NCBI GenBank assembly: GCA_041650695.1
Contig: JBAZKS010000008.1
Span: 6,080-70,079 of the forward strand
DNA length: 64,000 bases
Direction of reading: 5' to 3'
Origin: Elusimicrobiota bacterium
GTDB lineage: Bacteria > Elusimicrobiota > Elusimicrobia > UBA1565
Part shown: positions 25,736 through 35,527 of the stretch, one piece after another
How the letters are laid out: each line of letters opens with the position of its first letter
Numbering within the stretch: the stretch's first letter is position 1
Notes under the pieces: generated by a model
The model's input: the letters and a program-made list of their open reading frames with translations, nothing else
What the model was told of the DNA's origin: nothing
Database searches by the model: none
Position numbers and translations under genes: made by a program

Positions 25736-28369
25736 GTGACTCCATCCGGACTGCTTGGTTTTCTGCTGTTTTTTTCGGCATTTAACGCAGAAGCCGCCGT
25801 GGACTCATCGACTCCGACAACCGGACCGGTCGTGGCTCAGGTTCAGTTCTTCGGGCTCGAGCGCATCCCCGAGGCTGAGGTGCGGTCCCGGCTGTCCGTC
25901 CGCGAATGGCAGCCCTATACCCCGGAGATGAAGTCGCAGGACATCGCGGCTCTGCTGGATTCCGGCTGGTTCGTTTCCGCGTCCATCTACGAGGTGGCTC
26001 TCTCGAGCGAAGCGATGCGGGTGGACGTCCGCCTCAAGGAAGGCCCGCCGCCCATCCCGGGGAAGGCCGCGGAACCCGCGATCGCGCCGAGGGCCCCGGC
26101 CTCTTCGGACACGCCCACCCCGCCGTGGGTCGTGGGCGAGCTCGAGGTGCGGGGGAACCGCCACGTGAAGTTCAACGTGGTGCGGACCCAGATCCAGGCC
26201 AAGAAGGGGGACCTCTACACCCGGGGAGACCTGGACCGGGACATCCAGAAGGTGTACGGCCTCGGCAACTTCGAACGGGTGACGGCCGACATCAGCGAGA
26301 TCCCGGACCGCGAGATGCCGGCGCAGTTCCTCGACGTCTGCCCGTCCTCCCATCCCGTCCGGCTCGCCTTCATCGTGGAGGAACGGCCCCTGGTGCGCAA
26401 GGTCCGGTTCGAGGGGAACAAGGAGCTTTCCCGCGGGAAGGTGCGCGACGCGACCGAAACGCGGGAGCGCGACCCGCTCGATAGGGTCAAGCTCGCCTCC
26501 GACACGGAGAAGATCCTGGAGCTATACCGGAAGAAGGGCTACCACAAGGCCCAGGCGGACACGAAGGTCGAGCTGGACACGGCCGCCGCCAAGGCGGACG
26601 TCGCCTTCCTCATCCAGGAGGGGCCGCGCGCGCTCATCGCGGAGGTCCGTCTCTCCGGCGTCTCCGCGTTCAAGCCGAAGAAGATCGCCCGCCAGATGAA
26701 GACCCGCCGCAAGAAGGTCTTCTCCGAGACGCAGCTGGAGGAGGACCTCAAGAAGGTGGAGACGTTCTACAAAGACCGCGGGCACATCGACTTCCGCATC
26801 GGATCCTCCAGCGTCTCCTACTCCGAGGACCTCAAGCGCATCACCGTCGACGTCGCCGTGTTCGAAGGGCCGCGCTACCTCTTCGGCGACACGAGCTTCA
26901 GCGGCCACACGATCTACGCCTCCACGGACTTGGCCAAGGCCGTCGAATACCACCGCGGGAAGGTCTTCAGCCAGACCCGCTTCGACTACAGCGTCCAGAA
27001 CATCCAGGAGATGTTCGCGGAGAAGGGCCGCCTGCGCGCCGTGGTCCAGCACAAGAAGACGCTCAACCCCGCCACCGGCCTGACCGACGTACACTTCGAG
27101 ATCGAAGAGGGCCCCACGGTCTACGTGGAGCACGTGGATGTGGAGGGGAACAAGCAGACCAAGGCCTACGTATTCACGCGCGAGCTCGTCATCAAGCCCG
27201 GCCAGCCGTTCGCCGTCTCCAAGGTCCGCAAGAGCCAGCAGAAGATCATGAACCTGGGCTTCATCGACGACGTGCAGCTCGACGTCCAGAGCCCCTACGA
27301 CCCGAACCTCGTGGACCTCACCTTCGGCGTCACCGAGGGCAAGCCCGGCATGCTGACCGCGGGCGCCGGCTTCTCCTCGCTCGACGGGCTCATCGGGACC
27401 CTGTCTTTGCAGCACCTCAACCTCTTCGGCCGGGCCTGGCGGACCGGGGTGCAGTGGTCCTTCGGCTCCCGCGTGAACGATTTCTCCGTGTCCTGGACCA
27501 TGCCGTGGATCCGCAGCAAGCCGGTCTCCCTCGGCTTCGACGTGTTCAACACCCGGCGCATCTCCCCCTTCGAGGGATCCAACTCCGCCTTCGTCAACAA
27601 GCGCACGGGCGGCACGGTGCGCGTGGGGCCGCGCTTCCAGGACGACAAGTACCAGCTCTCGTTCAACTACACCCTGCAGAAGATCAAGGTCACCGATATC
27701 CAGGATGAATTCCTGGACACGCTCCAGCCGAGCACGAGCATCCATTCCTCGGTCGGGGCCGAATTCGCCCGGGACACCCGGGACAACATCTGGGACGCGG
27801 CCGAGGGGAGCCGCAATTCCATCGGCGCGACCCTGGCCGGCGGGCCCTTCCTCGGAGACATCCATTTCTTCAAGCCCTACATCGCGAATCAATGGCACAA
27901 GTCACTCTTCAACATCGGGGACTACCCCCTGGTCCTGAGCCTCTTCAACCGCGCCTCGTACGTGACGCAGTTCGGGGAGACCAAGCAGGTCCCGGTCTTC
28001 GAGCGCTTCTGGGTGGGCGGTCAGGACACCCTGCGCGGCTATTCCTACGCCGGCCAGGTCGGGGCGCGCAACGGCGGCAAGGTCTACGACGTGGCCAACG
28101 TGGAGCTAGGCTTCCCGCTCGCCCGGGAACGCCGCCGCACGATCGTCAAGCTCGTGGCCTTCTACGATGTCGGCGGGTCCTGGGAGAACATGAACTCCGT
28201 GGGCTGCCGCGTGGGCCCGGGCGAGAGGGACATCAAGACGGACGTCGGGTTCGGCATCCGCTTCACGACTCCGGCGTTCCCCATCCGGCTGGACTGGGGC
28301 TACGGGCTCCAGCACCGGCCGGGGGAGAACCGGACGGAGATCAACTTCAGCATAGGACCCCTGTTCTAA
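25736..28369 (+). CDS. bamA: Outer membrane protein assembly factor BamA (Omp85)
   Basis: 877 aa (GTG start). It has a signal peptide, POTRA repeats (ELEVRGNRHVKFNVVRTQIQAKKGDLYTRGDLDRDIQKVYGLGNFERV ...) and a C-terminal beta-barrel ending ...NFSIGPLF. Confidence 0.9.
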   Translation: MTPSGLLGFLLFFSAFNAEAAVDSSTPTTGPVVAQVQFFGLERIPEAEVRSRLSVREWQPYTPEMKSQDIAALLDSGWFVSASIYEVALSSEAMRVDVRLKEGPPPIPGKAAEPAIAPRAPASSDTPTPPWVVGELEVRGNRHVKFNVVRTQIQAKKGDLYTRGDLDRDIQKVYGLGNFERVTADISEIPDREMPAQFLDVCPSSHPVRLAFIVEERPLVRKVRFEGNKELSRGKVRDATETRERDPLDRVKLASDTEKILELYRKKGYHKAQADTKVELDTAAAKADVAFLIQEGPRALIAEVRLSGVSAFKPKKIARQMKTRRKKVFSETQLEEDLKKVETFYKDRGHIDFRIGSSSVSYSEDLKRITVDVAVFEGPRYLFGDTSFSGHTIYASTDLAKAVEYHRGKVFSQTRFDYSVQNIQEMFAEKGRLRAVVQHKKTLNPATGLTDVHFEIEEGPTVYVEHVDVEGNKQTKAYVFTRELVIKPGQPFAVSKVRKSQQKIMNLGFIDDVQLDVQSPYDPNLVDLTFGVTEGKPGMLTAGAGFSSLDGLIGTLSLQHLNLFGRAWRTGVQWSFGSRVNDFSVSWTMPWIRSKPVSLGFDVFNTRRISPFEGSNSAFVNKRTGGTVRVGPRFQDDKYQLSFNYTLQKIKVTDIQDEFLDTLQPSTSIHSSVGAEFARDTRDNIWDAAEGSRNSIGATLAGGPFLGDIHFFKPYIANQWHKSLFNIGDYPLVLSLFNRASYVTQFGETKQVPVFERFWVGGQDTLRGYSYAGQVGARNGGKVYDVANVELGFPLARERRRTIVKLVAFYDVGGSWENMNSVGCRVGPGERDIKTDVGFGIRFTTPAFPIRLDWGYGLQHRPGENRTEINFSIGPLF

Positions 28370-28370
28370 C

Positions 28371-29291
28371 ATGAAAAAAACGATCACCACCATGATGGCG
28401 GGCGTGCTTCTCGGCCTGGGGGCAGCCGCCTCCGCTCTCGAGGTCAGCCTCGAGGAGAACAAGGCCGAGCGCGGGAACATCGGCTACGTGGACCTCAAGA
28501 AGATCTTCCGTCTCTACCCGGAGACGCACAAGGCGAAGCAGAGCTACGCCGAGATCATCCGCCAGGCCGAGGAGCAGGTCAACCTCCGCAAGGCCGAGAT
28601 CATGGCCATGCGGGCCGAGCTCTCCAAGCTCAAGGTCGAGAAGGAGCTCGTGGAGAAGACCCCGATCCCCGCGGCGGCTCCCACGCCGCCGGCGGAACCG
28701 GCCATATCGACCCCGACCGTACAGGTCTCGACCCCTGCGGTGGTCGAAGTCTCCACGGACTCCCGCCCCCAGCTCGGGCAGCTCCCCGGCATGGGCCCGA
28801 TGCCCGCCGACGTGGCGCAGGACACCGCGCCGGTCGTTTCTTCAGACACGGCTCCGGTCCAAGGCGCCTCTCCCACGGACGCCCCCCTGGTCATCGACAT
28901 CCCGGGGGTGACGGAATCCCCCATCGTGGTGGACCCGGGAGCGGCCGCGGTCTCCACGCCGACCGCGGCCGTGGACCCCGGCGCGGAAGCCCTCGCGGCC
29001 CGGGAGAAGCGCATGAAGGAGCTCGACGACTCCATCGCTGCCAAACAGGACGAAATCGCCGAAAAGGAGAAGCTCTTCGACTCCTACCAGGCGCAGGTCG
29101 AGAAGGACCTCATCGACATCGAGAGCCGCCGCGCGGAGATCCTGCTCGGCAAGATCTACGACGCCGTCCGGGAGGTCGCCCGCGAGAACGGCGTGAGCGT
29201 GGTCGTGGATAAGGGCCAGATCCTCTTCGGCCAGAACTCGGTGGACCTGACCGACAGGGTGGTCAAGAAGCTCAAGGAGACCTCGCTATGA
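28371..29291 (+). CDS. skp: Periplasmic chaperone Skp/OmpH with a long low-complexity Pro/Ala/Thr insertion
   Basis: Signal peptide plus the OmpH coiled-coil N-part, and the C-terminal [43 protein letters not shown] typical of Skp. It sits in the conserved position between bamA and lpxD. Confidence 0.7.
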   Translation: MKKTITTMMAGVLLGLGAAASALEVSLEENKAERGNIGYVDLKKIFRLYPETHKAKQSYAEIIRQAEEQVNLRKAEIMAMRAELSKLKVEKELVEKTPIPAAAPTPPAEPAISTPTVQVSTPAVVEVSTDSRPQLGQLPGMGPMPADVAQDTAPVVSSDTAPVQGASPTDAPLVIDIPGVTESPIVVDPGAAAVSTPTAAVDPGAEALAAREKRMKELDDSIAAKQDEIAEKEKLFDSYQAQVEKDLIDIESRRAEILLGKIYDAVREVARENGVSVVVDKGQILFGQNSVDLTDRVVKKLKETSL

Positions 29292-30331
29292 GGATCACCC
29301 TGGACGAGATCGCGCGGCTGACCCGCGCCCGCCTCGAGGGCGACCCGAACGCCGTCATCCACGACGCGTCCTCCCTGGCGGATTCCGGGCCGACCGATAT
29401 CGCGTTCCTGGAGAACCGCAAGTACGCGGGCCAGCTGCCCACCTGCCGGGCCGGCGCCGTCTTCCTTTCCCCCGCCGACCGCGACCTCCCGGGAGGGCCT
29501 TCGAACCGGCTCTACACGGACCAGCCCCGGCTGGCCTACGCCCAGGTGCTCGAGCGCATCTACGCGGAGAAGTGGAAGCCCCTCACGCCGGCCCTGAGCC
29601 CGAAGGCCGACATCCACTTCGAGGCGCGCCTCGGCAAGGATGTGGACGTGGGCCCGTACACCGTGATCCGAGGCCGGACCATCATCGGCGACGGGACGCG
29701 CATCGGGGCGCAGTGCTACCTCGGCTACAACGTGCGCATCGGCAAAGACTGCCTCATCCACCCGCGGGTCGTCATCCAGGACTACTGCACCATCGGCGAC
29801 CGCGTCATCCTGCACCCCGGCGTGGTCCTCGGTTCCGACGGCTTCGGCTATTGGACGGACCCCAAGACGGGCTGCCACCGGAAGATCCCCCAGGTGGGCC
29901 GCGTGGTCCTCGAGGACGACGTGGAGCTCGGCGCCAACGTCACCATCGACCGCGCCACGGCCGGCGACACCCGCATCGGCGCCGGGACGAAGATCGACAA
30001 CCTGGTCCAGATCGGGCACAACGTGCGCATCGGCCCGAACGGCATCCTCGTGTCCCAGGTGGGCATCGCCGGCTCGACAGAGGTCGGCAGGCAGGTGACC
30101 CTCGCGGGCCAGGTGGGCGTCGCCGGGCATCTGAAGATCGGCGACCGCGCCGTGGTCACGGCCCAGAGCGGAGTCATGAGCGACATCGACCCCGGAGCCG
30201 TGGTCTTCGGATCTCCGACGCGCCCGCACCGGGAGGCCATGAAGCTCCAGGCCCTGCTCAACCGCCTTCCGGAGATGTACGAGACGCTCAAGCGCCTGAC
30301 GAAGAAAGAGGCCAGTCATGCGAAAAAATAG
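29288..30331 (+). CDS. lpxD: UDP-3-O-(3-hydroxyacyl)glucosamine N-acyltransferase LpxD
   Basis: 347 aa. LpxD N-domain (ITLDEIARL...) and left-handed beta-helix hexapeptide repeats ([20 protein letters not shown]...). Confidence 0.9.
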   Translation: MRITLDEIARLTRARLEGDPNAVIHDASSLADSGPTDIAFLENRKYAGQLPTCRAGAVFLSPADRDLPGGPSNRLYTDQPRLAYAQVLERIYAEKWKPLTPALSPKADIHFEARLGKDVDVGPYTVIRGRTIIGDGTRIGAQCYLGYNVRIGKDCLIHPRVVIQDYCTIGDRVILHPGVVLGSDGFGYWTDPKTGCHRKIPQVGRVVLEDDVELGANVTIDRATAGDTRIGAGTKIDNLVQIGHNVRIGPNGILVSQVGIAGSTEVGRQVTLAGQVGVAGHLKIGDRAVVTAQSGVMSDIDPGAVVFGSPTRPHREAMKLQALLNRLPEMYETLKRLTKKEASHAKK

Positions 30332-31214
30332 ACCCGAAGTCCAGAATACGATACAGAAGGAGACCGGCCTGGAAGGCGTCGGCCTGCACACCGGCAATCC
30401 TTCCAGGATCATCTTCCGGCCGGCTCCGCCCAACACGGGCATCCGCTTCTTCCGCTCCGACCTCCCGGACTGCCCCATGATCCCCGCGCGCCTGAGTTGC
30501 GTCGTGGCCACGGTCCGGGGGACGAACCTCGGCCTGGGCGACGCCAAGGTGCACACCGTCGAACATGTCCTCGCCGCGGTCACGGGGGTCGGGATCGACA
30601 ACCTCGACATCATCATCGACGCGAACGAGCCCCCGGCCATGGACGGCTCGGCCCGGCCTTTCTTCAACGCGCTCCTGTCCGCGGGCGTCCAGCGCTACCC
30701 GGACCAGCCGAAGCGCCACCTCCACATCCGCGAGGAGGTCTGCTACGAGGACAAGGGCTCCGTCTATCGGGCGCTCCCCTGCGAGCATTTCGAGATCCAC
30801 GCGACCCTGCTCCACGACCATCCCCTGGTGCCGAAGCTCGAGTTCTCGCTCCGGGTGGAGCCCGAGTCGTTCGCCGCAGAGGTCGCCGGAGCCCGGACGT
30901 TCTGCTTCGAGCACGAAGTGGCCTTCCTCCGCTCCCAAGGCCTTGCCCAGGGAGGGAGCCTCGAGAACGCCGTCGTCATCGGGAAGGACCAGATCCACAC
31001 GAACGCCGAGGGGCTGCGCTATCCCGACGAGTTCGTCCGCCACAAGGTGATGGACCTCATCGGCGACCTGACCCTCATCGGCCGCTCGCTCCTGAAGGTC
31101 CGCGTGGAGACGGTCCGGCCTGGGCACGCGCACAACATCGAGTTCGCCAAGCTCCTGAACCTCTCCGCCATCAAGATGCGCGGCTTGGCCCGCGATCCGG
31201 CGGGCCATTCATGA
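30318..31214 (+). CDS. lpxC: UDP-3-O-acyl-N-acetylglucosamine deacetylase LpxC
   Basis: 298 aa. [34 protein letters not shown] and the [10 protein letters not shown] zinc-binding region. Confidence 0.9.
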   Translation: MRKNRPEVQNTIQKETGLEGVGLHTGNPSRIIFRPAPPNTGIRFFRSDLPDCPMIPARLSCVVATVRGTNLGLGDAKVHTVEHVLAAVTGVGIDNLDIIIDANEPPAMDGSARPFFNALLSAGVQRYPDQPKRHLHIREEVCYEDKGSVYRALPCEHFEIHATLLHDHPLVPKLEFSLRVEPESFAAEVAGARTFCFEHEVAFLRSQGLAQGGSLENAVVIGKDQIHTNAEGLRYPDEFVRHKVMDLIGDLTLIGRSLLKVRVETVRPGHAHNIEFAKLLNLSAIKMRGLARDPAGHS

Positions 31215-31711
31215 CGCCCCCAGAGGAGAAACCCATGTCCACTGAAAACCCGACGCCGCAGCCCGGAGCCGCGACTGTTCCGGAGATCCTGACCGTCGCC
31301 GAGATCAATAAGCTCATCCCGCACCGCTACCCGTTCCTGTTCCTGGACAGGGTGGAGATATTCGACATCAAGCACGCCACAGGCATCAAGTGCCTCACGG
31401 TGAACGAGGAGTTCTTCCAGGGGCACTTCCCGGGCCGGCCCATCATGCCCGGGGTCCTCATCCTCGAGGCCATGGCGCAGACCGGGGCCGTCCTGCTCAT
31501 GGCGAAGTACGACTTCGTGAACAAGATGGCCTTCTTCCTCGGCATCGACAACGCGAAGTTCCGCGCCCCGGTCACCCCGGGCATGGTCCTGCGCCTGAAC
31601 GTCGAGGTCATCAAGGTCGGCGGAAGGGCCGGCAAGTTCCGGGCGACGGCCACGGTCGATGGAAAGATGGCGACCGAGGCCGAGATGTCCTTCGCCGTCG
31701 TGGACCGGTGA
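31211..31711 (+). CDS. fabZ: 3-hydroxyacyl-ACP dehydratase FabZ
   Basis: LIPHRYPFLFLDRV ... FFQGHFPGRPIMPGVLILEAMAQ hot-dog fold. The ATG at 31211 overlaps the lpxC stop. An alternative ATG at 31235 has a GGAG SD. Confidence 0.85.
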   Translation: MTPPEEKPMSTENPTPQPGAATVPEILTVAEINKLIPHRYPFLFLDRVEIFDIKHATGIKCLTVNEEFFQGHFPGRPIMPGVLILEAMAQTGAVLLMAKYDFVNKMAFFLGIDNAKFRAPVTPGMVLRLNVEVIKVGGRAGKFRATATVDGKMATEAEMSFAVVDR

Positions 31712-31716
31712 CCGCC

Positions 31717-32517
31717 ATGGGCAACATCCACCCGACCGCCGTCGTCCATCCAACCGCGAAGATCGACCCCTCGGCCGAGATCGGCCCCTACGCGATCATC
31801 GGAGAGGACACCGTCATCGGCGCGCGGACCAAGGTCGGCCCGCACGCGGTCATCGAGTTCGCGACCCTCGGGGTCGACAACAACATCCACCCGGGCTGCT
31901 TCATCGGGACGCCGCCCCAGGACCTCAAGTACGCGGGGCAGAAGACCCGGTTCGTCATGGGCGACCGCAACACGGTGCGCGAGGCCGCGCACCTCAACCG
32001 CGGCACCACGGCCACCTGCGAGACCCGCATCGGCTCCGACTGCCTCATCATGGCGTTCACCCACATCGCCCATGACTGCCGCGTGGGCAACAAGGTCATC
32101 CTGGTCAACAACTCCGGTCTGGCCGGCCACGTGGAAGTCGCCGACAACGTCATCATCTCGACGCAGGTGGGGGTCCATCAATTCGTGCGCGTGGGCCGCG
32201 GCGTCATGATCAGCGCGGGCTCCATGGTCGGCAAGGACATCCCCCCCTTCTGCTATGCCCAGGGGGATCGCGCCAGGCTGCGCGGCCTGAACCTCGTGGG
32301 GCTGCGGCGCTCCGGCCTTCCCCGGCAGACCCTGTCCGCCATCAAGGACGCCTACAAGACGCTCTTCCTCTCCGGCCTGCTGCAGGAGGAGGCCCTCCGG
32401 CAGCTCAAGGCCGCCGCTCCCCATCCTCCCGAGGTCCAGGAGTTCATCTCCTTCGTCGAGGGCTCCAAGCGCGGGGTGATGCGGCCCACGGCGGAGCCGG
32501 AGGAGGTCGAAGCCTGA
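31717..32517 (+). CDS. lpxA: Acyl-ACP--UDP-N-acetylglucosamine O-acyltransferase LpxA
   Basis: 266 aa. MGNIHPTAVVHPTAKIDPSAEIGPYAIIG hexapeptide repeats and LpxA C-terminal helical domain. Confidence 0.9.
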   Translation: MGNIHPTAVVHPTAKIDPSAEIGPYAIIGEDTVIGARTKVGPHAVIEFATLGVDNNIHPGCFIGTPPQDLKYAGQKTRFVMGDRNTVREAAHLNRGTTATCETRIGSDCLIMAFTHIAHDCRVGNKVILVNNSGLAGHVEVADNVIISTQVGVHQFVRVGRGVMISAGSMVGKDIPPFCYAQGDRARLRGLNLVGLRRSGLPRQTLSAIKDAYKTLFLSGLLQEEALRQLKAAAPHPPEVQEFISFVEGSKRGVMRPTAEPEEVEA

Positions 32518-33372
32518 ATGAATCCTGAGACGGTCGGCCTGATCGCGGGCTCCGGCCGCTTCCCCATCCTCTTCGCGCAGGAGGCCAAGCGGCAGGGGAT
32601 GCGCGTGGTGGCCATCGCCCTCTCGGGAGTGACGGACCCGGCACTCAAGGAGATCGCGGACGAGACCCACGTCTTCCGTCTCGGGCAGATCAGCGCGCCC
32701 CTGGAGGCGTTCAAGAAGGCCGGCGTGCGGCGCGCGGTCATGGTGGGAAAGGTGCAGCATGTCTCCCTCTTCGGAGGCGTGCTGCCGGACCTGCGCGCCG
32801 TGAAGCTCCTCTCCGGGCTCAAGGACAAGCGCACGGACACCCTGCTCGGGGCCCTGGCGGACGAGTTCGCCCGTGAAGGCGTCGAGCTCCTCCCCTCCAC
32901 GATGCTCCTGGCGCACCTGCTCGCCAAGCCGGGCTGCCTGACGCGCCGCGAGCCCACCGAGGCGGAGCTTGCCGACATGGACCTGGGCTGGCGCGCCGCC
33001 AAAGCCCTCTCCGGCTTCGACATCGGTCAGACGGTCGCGGTCCAGAGCGGCGCCGTGATCGCGGTAGAGGCCATGGAAGGCACGGATGCGGCCGTGCTGC
33101 GGGCCGGGGAGCTCGCGCGCTCCCATGGGGACGAGCCCGGGATCGTGGTCGTCAAGGTCGCCAAGCCGCGTCAGGACGTCCGGTTCGACCTGCCGGTCCT
33201 GGGGATCGACAGCTTCGGCCCCCTGCGCCGCTCCGGCGCCACCGCCGTGGCCGTCGAGGCGGGCAAGACCCTCATCTTCGACCAGGAGGAGCTCCTGCGC
33301 AAGGCCGACGAGATCGGCCTTGCCGTGGTCGCGCTGGAGGACGGGAAGCTTCCCGAGAGGCAATCGAAATGA
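32518..33372 (+). CDS. lpxI: UDP-2,3-diacylglucosamine hydrolase LpxI (DUF1009)
   Basis: N-terminus VGLIAGSGRFPILFAQEAKRQGMRVVAIAL is typical of LpxI. Confidence 0.75.
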   Translation: MNPETVGLIAGSGRFPILFAQEAKRQGMRVVAIALSGVTDPALKEIADETHVFRLGQISAPLEAFKKAGVRRAVMVGKVQHVSLFGGVLPDLRAVKLLSGLKDKRTDTLLGALADEFAREGVELLPSTMLLAHLLAKPGCLTRREPTEAELADMDLGWRAAKALSGFDIGQTVAVQSGAVIAVEAMEGTDAAVLRAGELARSHGDEPGIVVVKVAKPRQDVRFDLPVLGIDSFGPLRRSGATAVAVEAGKTLIFDQEELLRKADEIGLAVVALEDGKLPERQSK

Positions 33373-34427
33373 CCCATTCAAGCTCGAGGATCCGGTTCGG
33401 CGTCATCGGCGCCGGGCGCATCGGCGCCCACCACGCCCGCATCCTGGGCAGGCACCCCGGCGTCGAACTGGTCGGGGTCTGCGACACGAACATGTGGCGC
33501 GCCCAGCTGGCGGCCTGGCGCGGGGGAGGGCTCGCGGTCCGCTCCTTCACAGACCTGCTCAAGAAGGTCGACGCCGCGGTGGTCGCGGTCCCGACCGAAC
33601 ACCACGTCGAGGTCGGACTGGCGGCCCTCGACGCCGGGGTCCACTGCCTCATCGAGAAGCCCATCGCGGGCACGGTCGAGGATGCGTGGCGCCTCCTGGA
33701 CGCCTCCGAGAGGAACAAGGTGCAGCTCCAGGTCGGCCACGTCGAACGATTCAACCCGGCGGTGCTCAAGGCCATCGAGTACATCAAGCACCCTCGCTTC
33801 ATCACGGTCGAGCGCCTGGGCCCCTACGACCCGCGGACCCAGAACATCGGCGTGGTCCTGGACCTGATGATCCACGACCTCGATATCCTTTTGACCCTGG
33901 TAGGCGGAGAGGTGGAGAGCCTGGAGGCCATCGGCGCGCACCTCTTCTCCAAGCACGAGGATATCGCCAACGTGCGCGTACGCTTCAAGACCGGCTGCGT
34001 CGCGGACCTCACCGCCAGCCGCATCTCCATCAAACGGCACCGCAAGATACGCATCTTCCAGGAAACAAGCTATATCTCTTTGGACTACATGAACGCGACC
34101 CTGCAGGTCCACCGCAAGAAGCGGCCGGACGCGCGCACGCTCAAGGACGTCGAGCAGATCTCGCCCAAGCTCGACAAGACGGAGCCCCTGCGCAAGCAGA
34201 TCGACCACTTCGTCGACTGCATCCGGCACAACCGCAAGCCCTGGCCTTCCGGGGAGCATGGGCTCGAGGCCCTGAAGCTCGCCCTCCAGATCACGGACGA
34301 GCTGGAGCGCTACGCGGTCACGGACCACGCCCATCCGAGCACCTTCCTGCCGAGGCTGGCGGCCGGGGTCGGAAGGTTCGCTCGGACGGTCACGGACACC
34401 CTGCGGGGGATCGAACGGAACGGATGA
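33369..34427 (+). CDS. Gfo/Idh/MocA-family oxidoreductase embedded in the lipid A operon (possible UDP-GlcNAc 3-dehydrogenase, GnnA-like)
   Basis: IRFGVIGAGRIGAHHARIL Rossmann motif and LIEKPIAGT. ATGA overlaps with lpxI (upstream) and lpxB (downstream). Confidence 0.75.
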   Translation: MTHSSSRIRFGVIGAGRIGAHHARILGRHPGVELVGVCDTNMWRAQLAAWRGGGLAVRSFTDLLKKVDAAVVAVPTEHHVEVGLAALDAGVHCLIEKPIAGTVEDAWRLLDASERNKVQLQVGHVERFNPAVLKAIEYIKHPRFITVERLGPYDPRTQNIGVVLDLMIHDLDILLTLVGGEVESLEAIGAHLFSKHEDIANVRVRFKTGCVADLTASRISIKRHRKIRIFQETSYISLDYMNATLQVHRKKRPDARTLKDVEQISPKLDKTEPLRKQIDHFVDCIRHNRKPWPSGEHGLEALKLALQITDELERYAVTDHAHPSTFLPRLAAGVGRFARTVTDTLRGIERNG

Positions 34428-35527
34428 CGCGCTTCCTGCTCGTGGCGGGCGACCCCTCGGGAGACCTCTACGGCTCCATGCTCATGCGGACGCTGCGCTC
34501 CCGGCGGCCGGAGGTCCGCTTCCACGCCGCCGGCGGCCCGCTCATGCGCCAAGCCTGCGAGGGGACCGACCGCTTCCACCACGACCTCGCCTCGGAGGGG
34601 ACCACGGGCTTCGTCGAGCCCGCCCGGCGCCTGCCCACCTTCCTGAGGCTGCTCGGGAAGTTCCGCCGCCTCCTGCGGGGAGCCGAGGTCGATGCGCTCG
34701 TCTGCATCGATTACTACGGCTTCAACCGCCGCGTCCTCGCCGAAGCCAAGTCCGCCGGGATCCCGAGCTTCTACTACATCAGCCCCCAGGTCTGGGCGAG
34801 CCGCCCCGGCCGCATCCGCCAGATCCGCCGCTGCGTGGACCGGATGCTGGTCATCTTCCCCTTCGAGGAGCCGCTCTACCGGGAGGCCCGGGTCCCGGTG
34901 ACGTGGGTCGGCCATCCGCTCCTCGACCTGGTGCCGTCGGCCGAGCTGGCGCGCAGGGACTTCGCGCCCTTGCGGCTGGGTCTCCTTCCGGGGAGCCGTC
35001 CGGGAGAGATCCGCAGGCACCTCCCGCTCTTCCTGGAGGCGGCCTCCCGCATCCGCAGGGATTACCCGGACATGGAGGTGACGGTCTTCGGAGCCAAAGG
35101 CCTGGGTCCGACGGCGTACGCGCCCTGGCTGGCGCGGACGAACGCGCGGCTGGTGTTCGACGAGGGATATTCCGAGCGTCGCGCGCAGCACCTCGTGCTC
35201 ACCTCCTCGGGGACCGCCACGGTCGAGAACGCCCTGCTGGGCCTGCCCATGGTCGTTGTCTACAAGCTCTCCTGGCCCACCTATCTCCTCGCCCGGGCCA
35301 TCATCCGCGTCAAGCACATCGCCATGGCCAACATCCTGCTGGGCCGCCGGGCCGTCCCCGAGCTCATCCAGCACCATGCCACCCCGCAGCGGGTCGCGCA
35401 CGCCGCGCTGGACCTCCTCGCCAATCCCCGGAGGCTTCAGGCCCTGCGCGCGGAGCTCGCCGGACTGCGCAGCGTCCTCGGCGGACCGGGAGCCACCGGC
35501 CGCGCCGCGGACATCCTCCTCACATGA
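34424..35527 (+). CDS. lpxB: Lipid-A-disaccharide synthase LpxB
   Basis: 367 aa. N-terminus RFLLVAGDPSGDLYGS and GT-B C-domain LTSSGTATVENALLGLPMVVVYK. Confidence 0.85.
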   Translation: MTRFLLVAGDPSGDLYGSMLMRTLRSRRPEVRFHAAGGPLMRQACEGTDRFHHDLASEGTTGFVEPARRLPTFLRLLGKFRRLLRGAEVDALVCIDYYGFNRRVLAEAKSAGIPSFYYISPQVWASRPGRIRQIRRCVDRMLVIFPFEEPLYREARVPVTWVGHPLLDLVPSAELARRDFAPLRLGLLPGSRPGEIRRHLPLFLEAASRIRRDYPDMEVTVFGAKGLGPTAYAPWLARTNARLVFDEGYSERRAQHLVLTSSGTATVENALLGLPMVVVYKLSWPTYLLARAIIRVKHIAMANILLGRRAVPELIQHHATPQRVAHAALDLLANPRRLQALRAELAGLRSVLGGPGATGRAADILLT

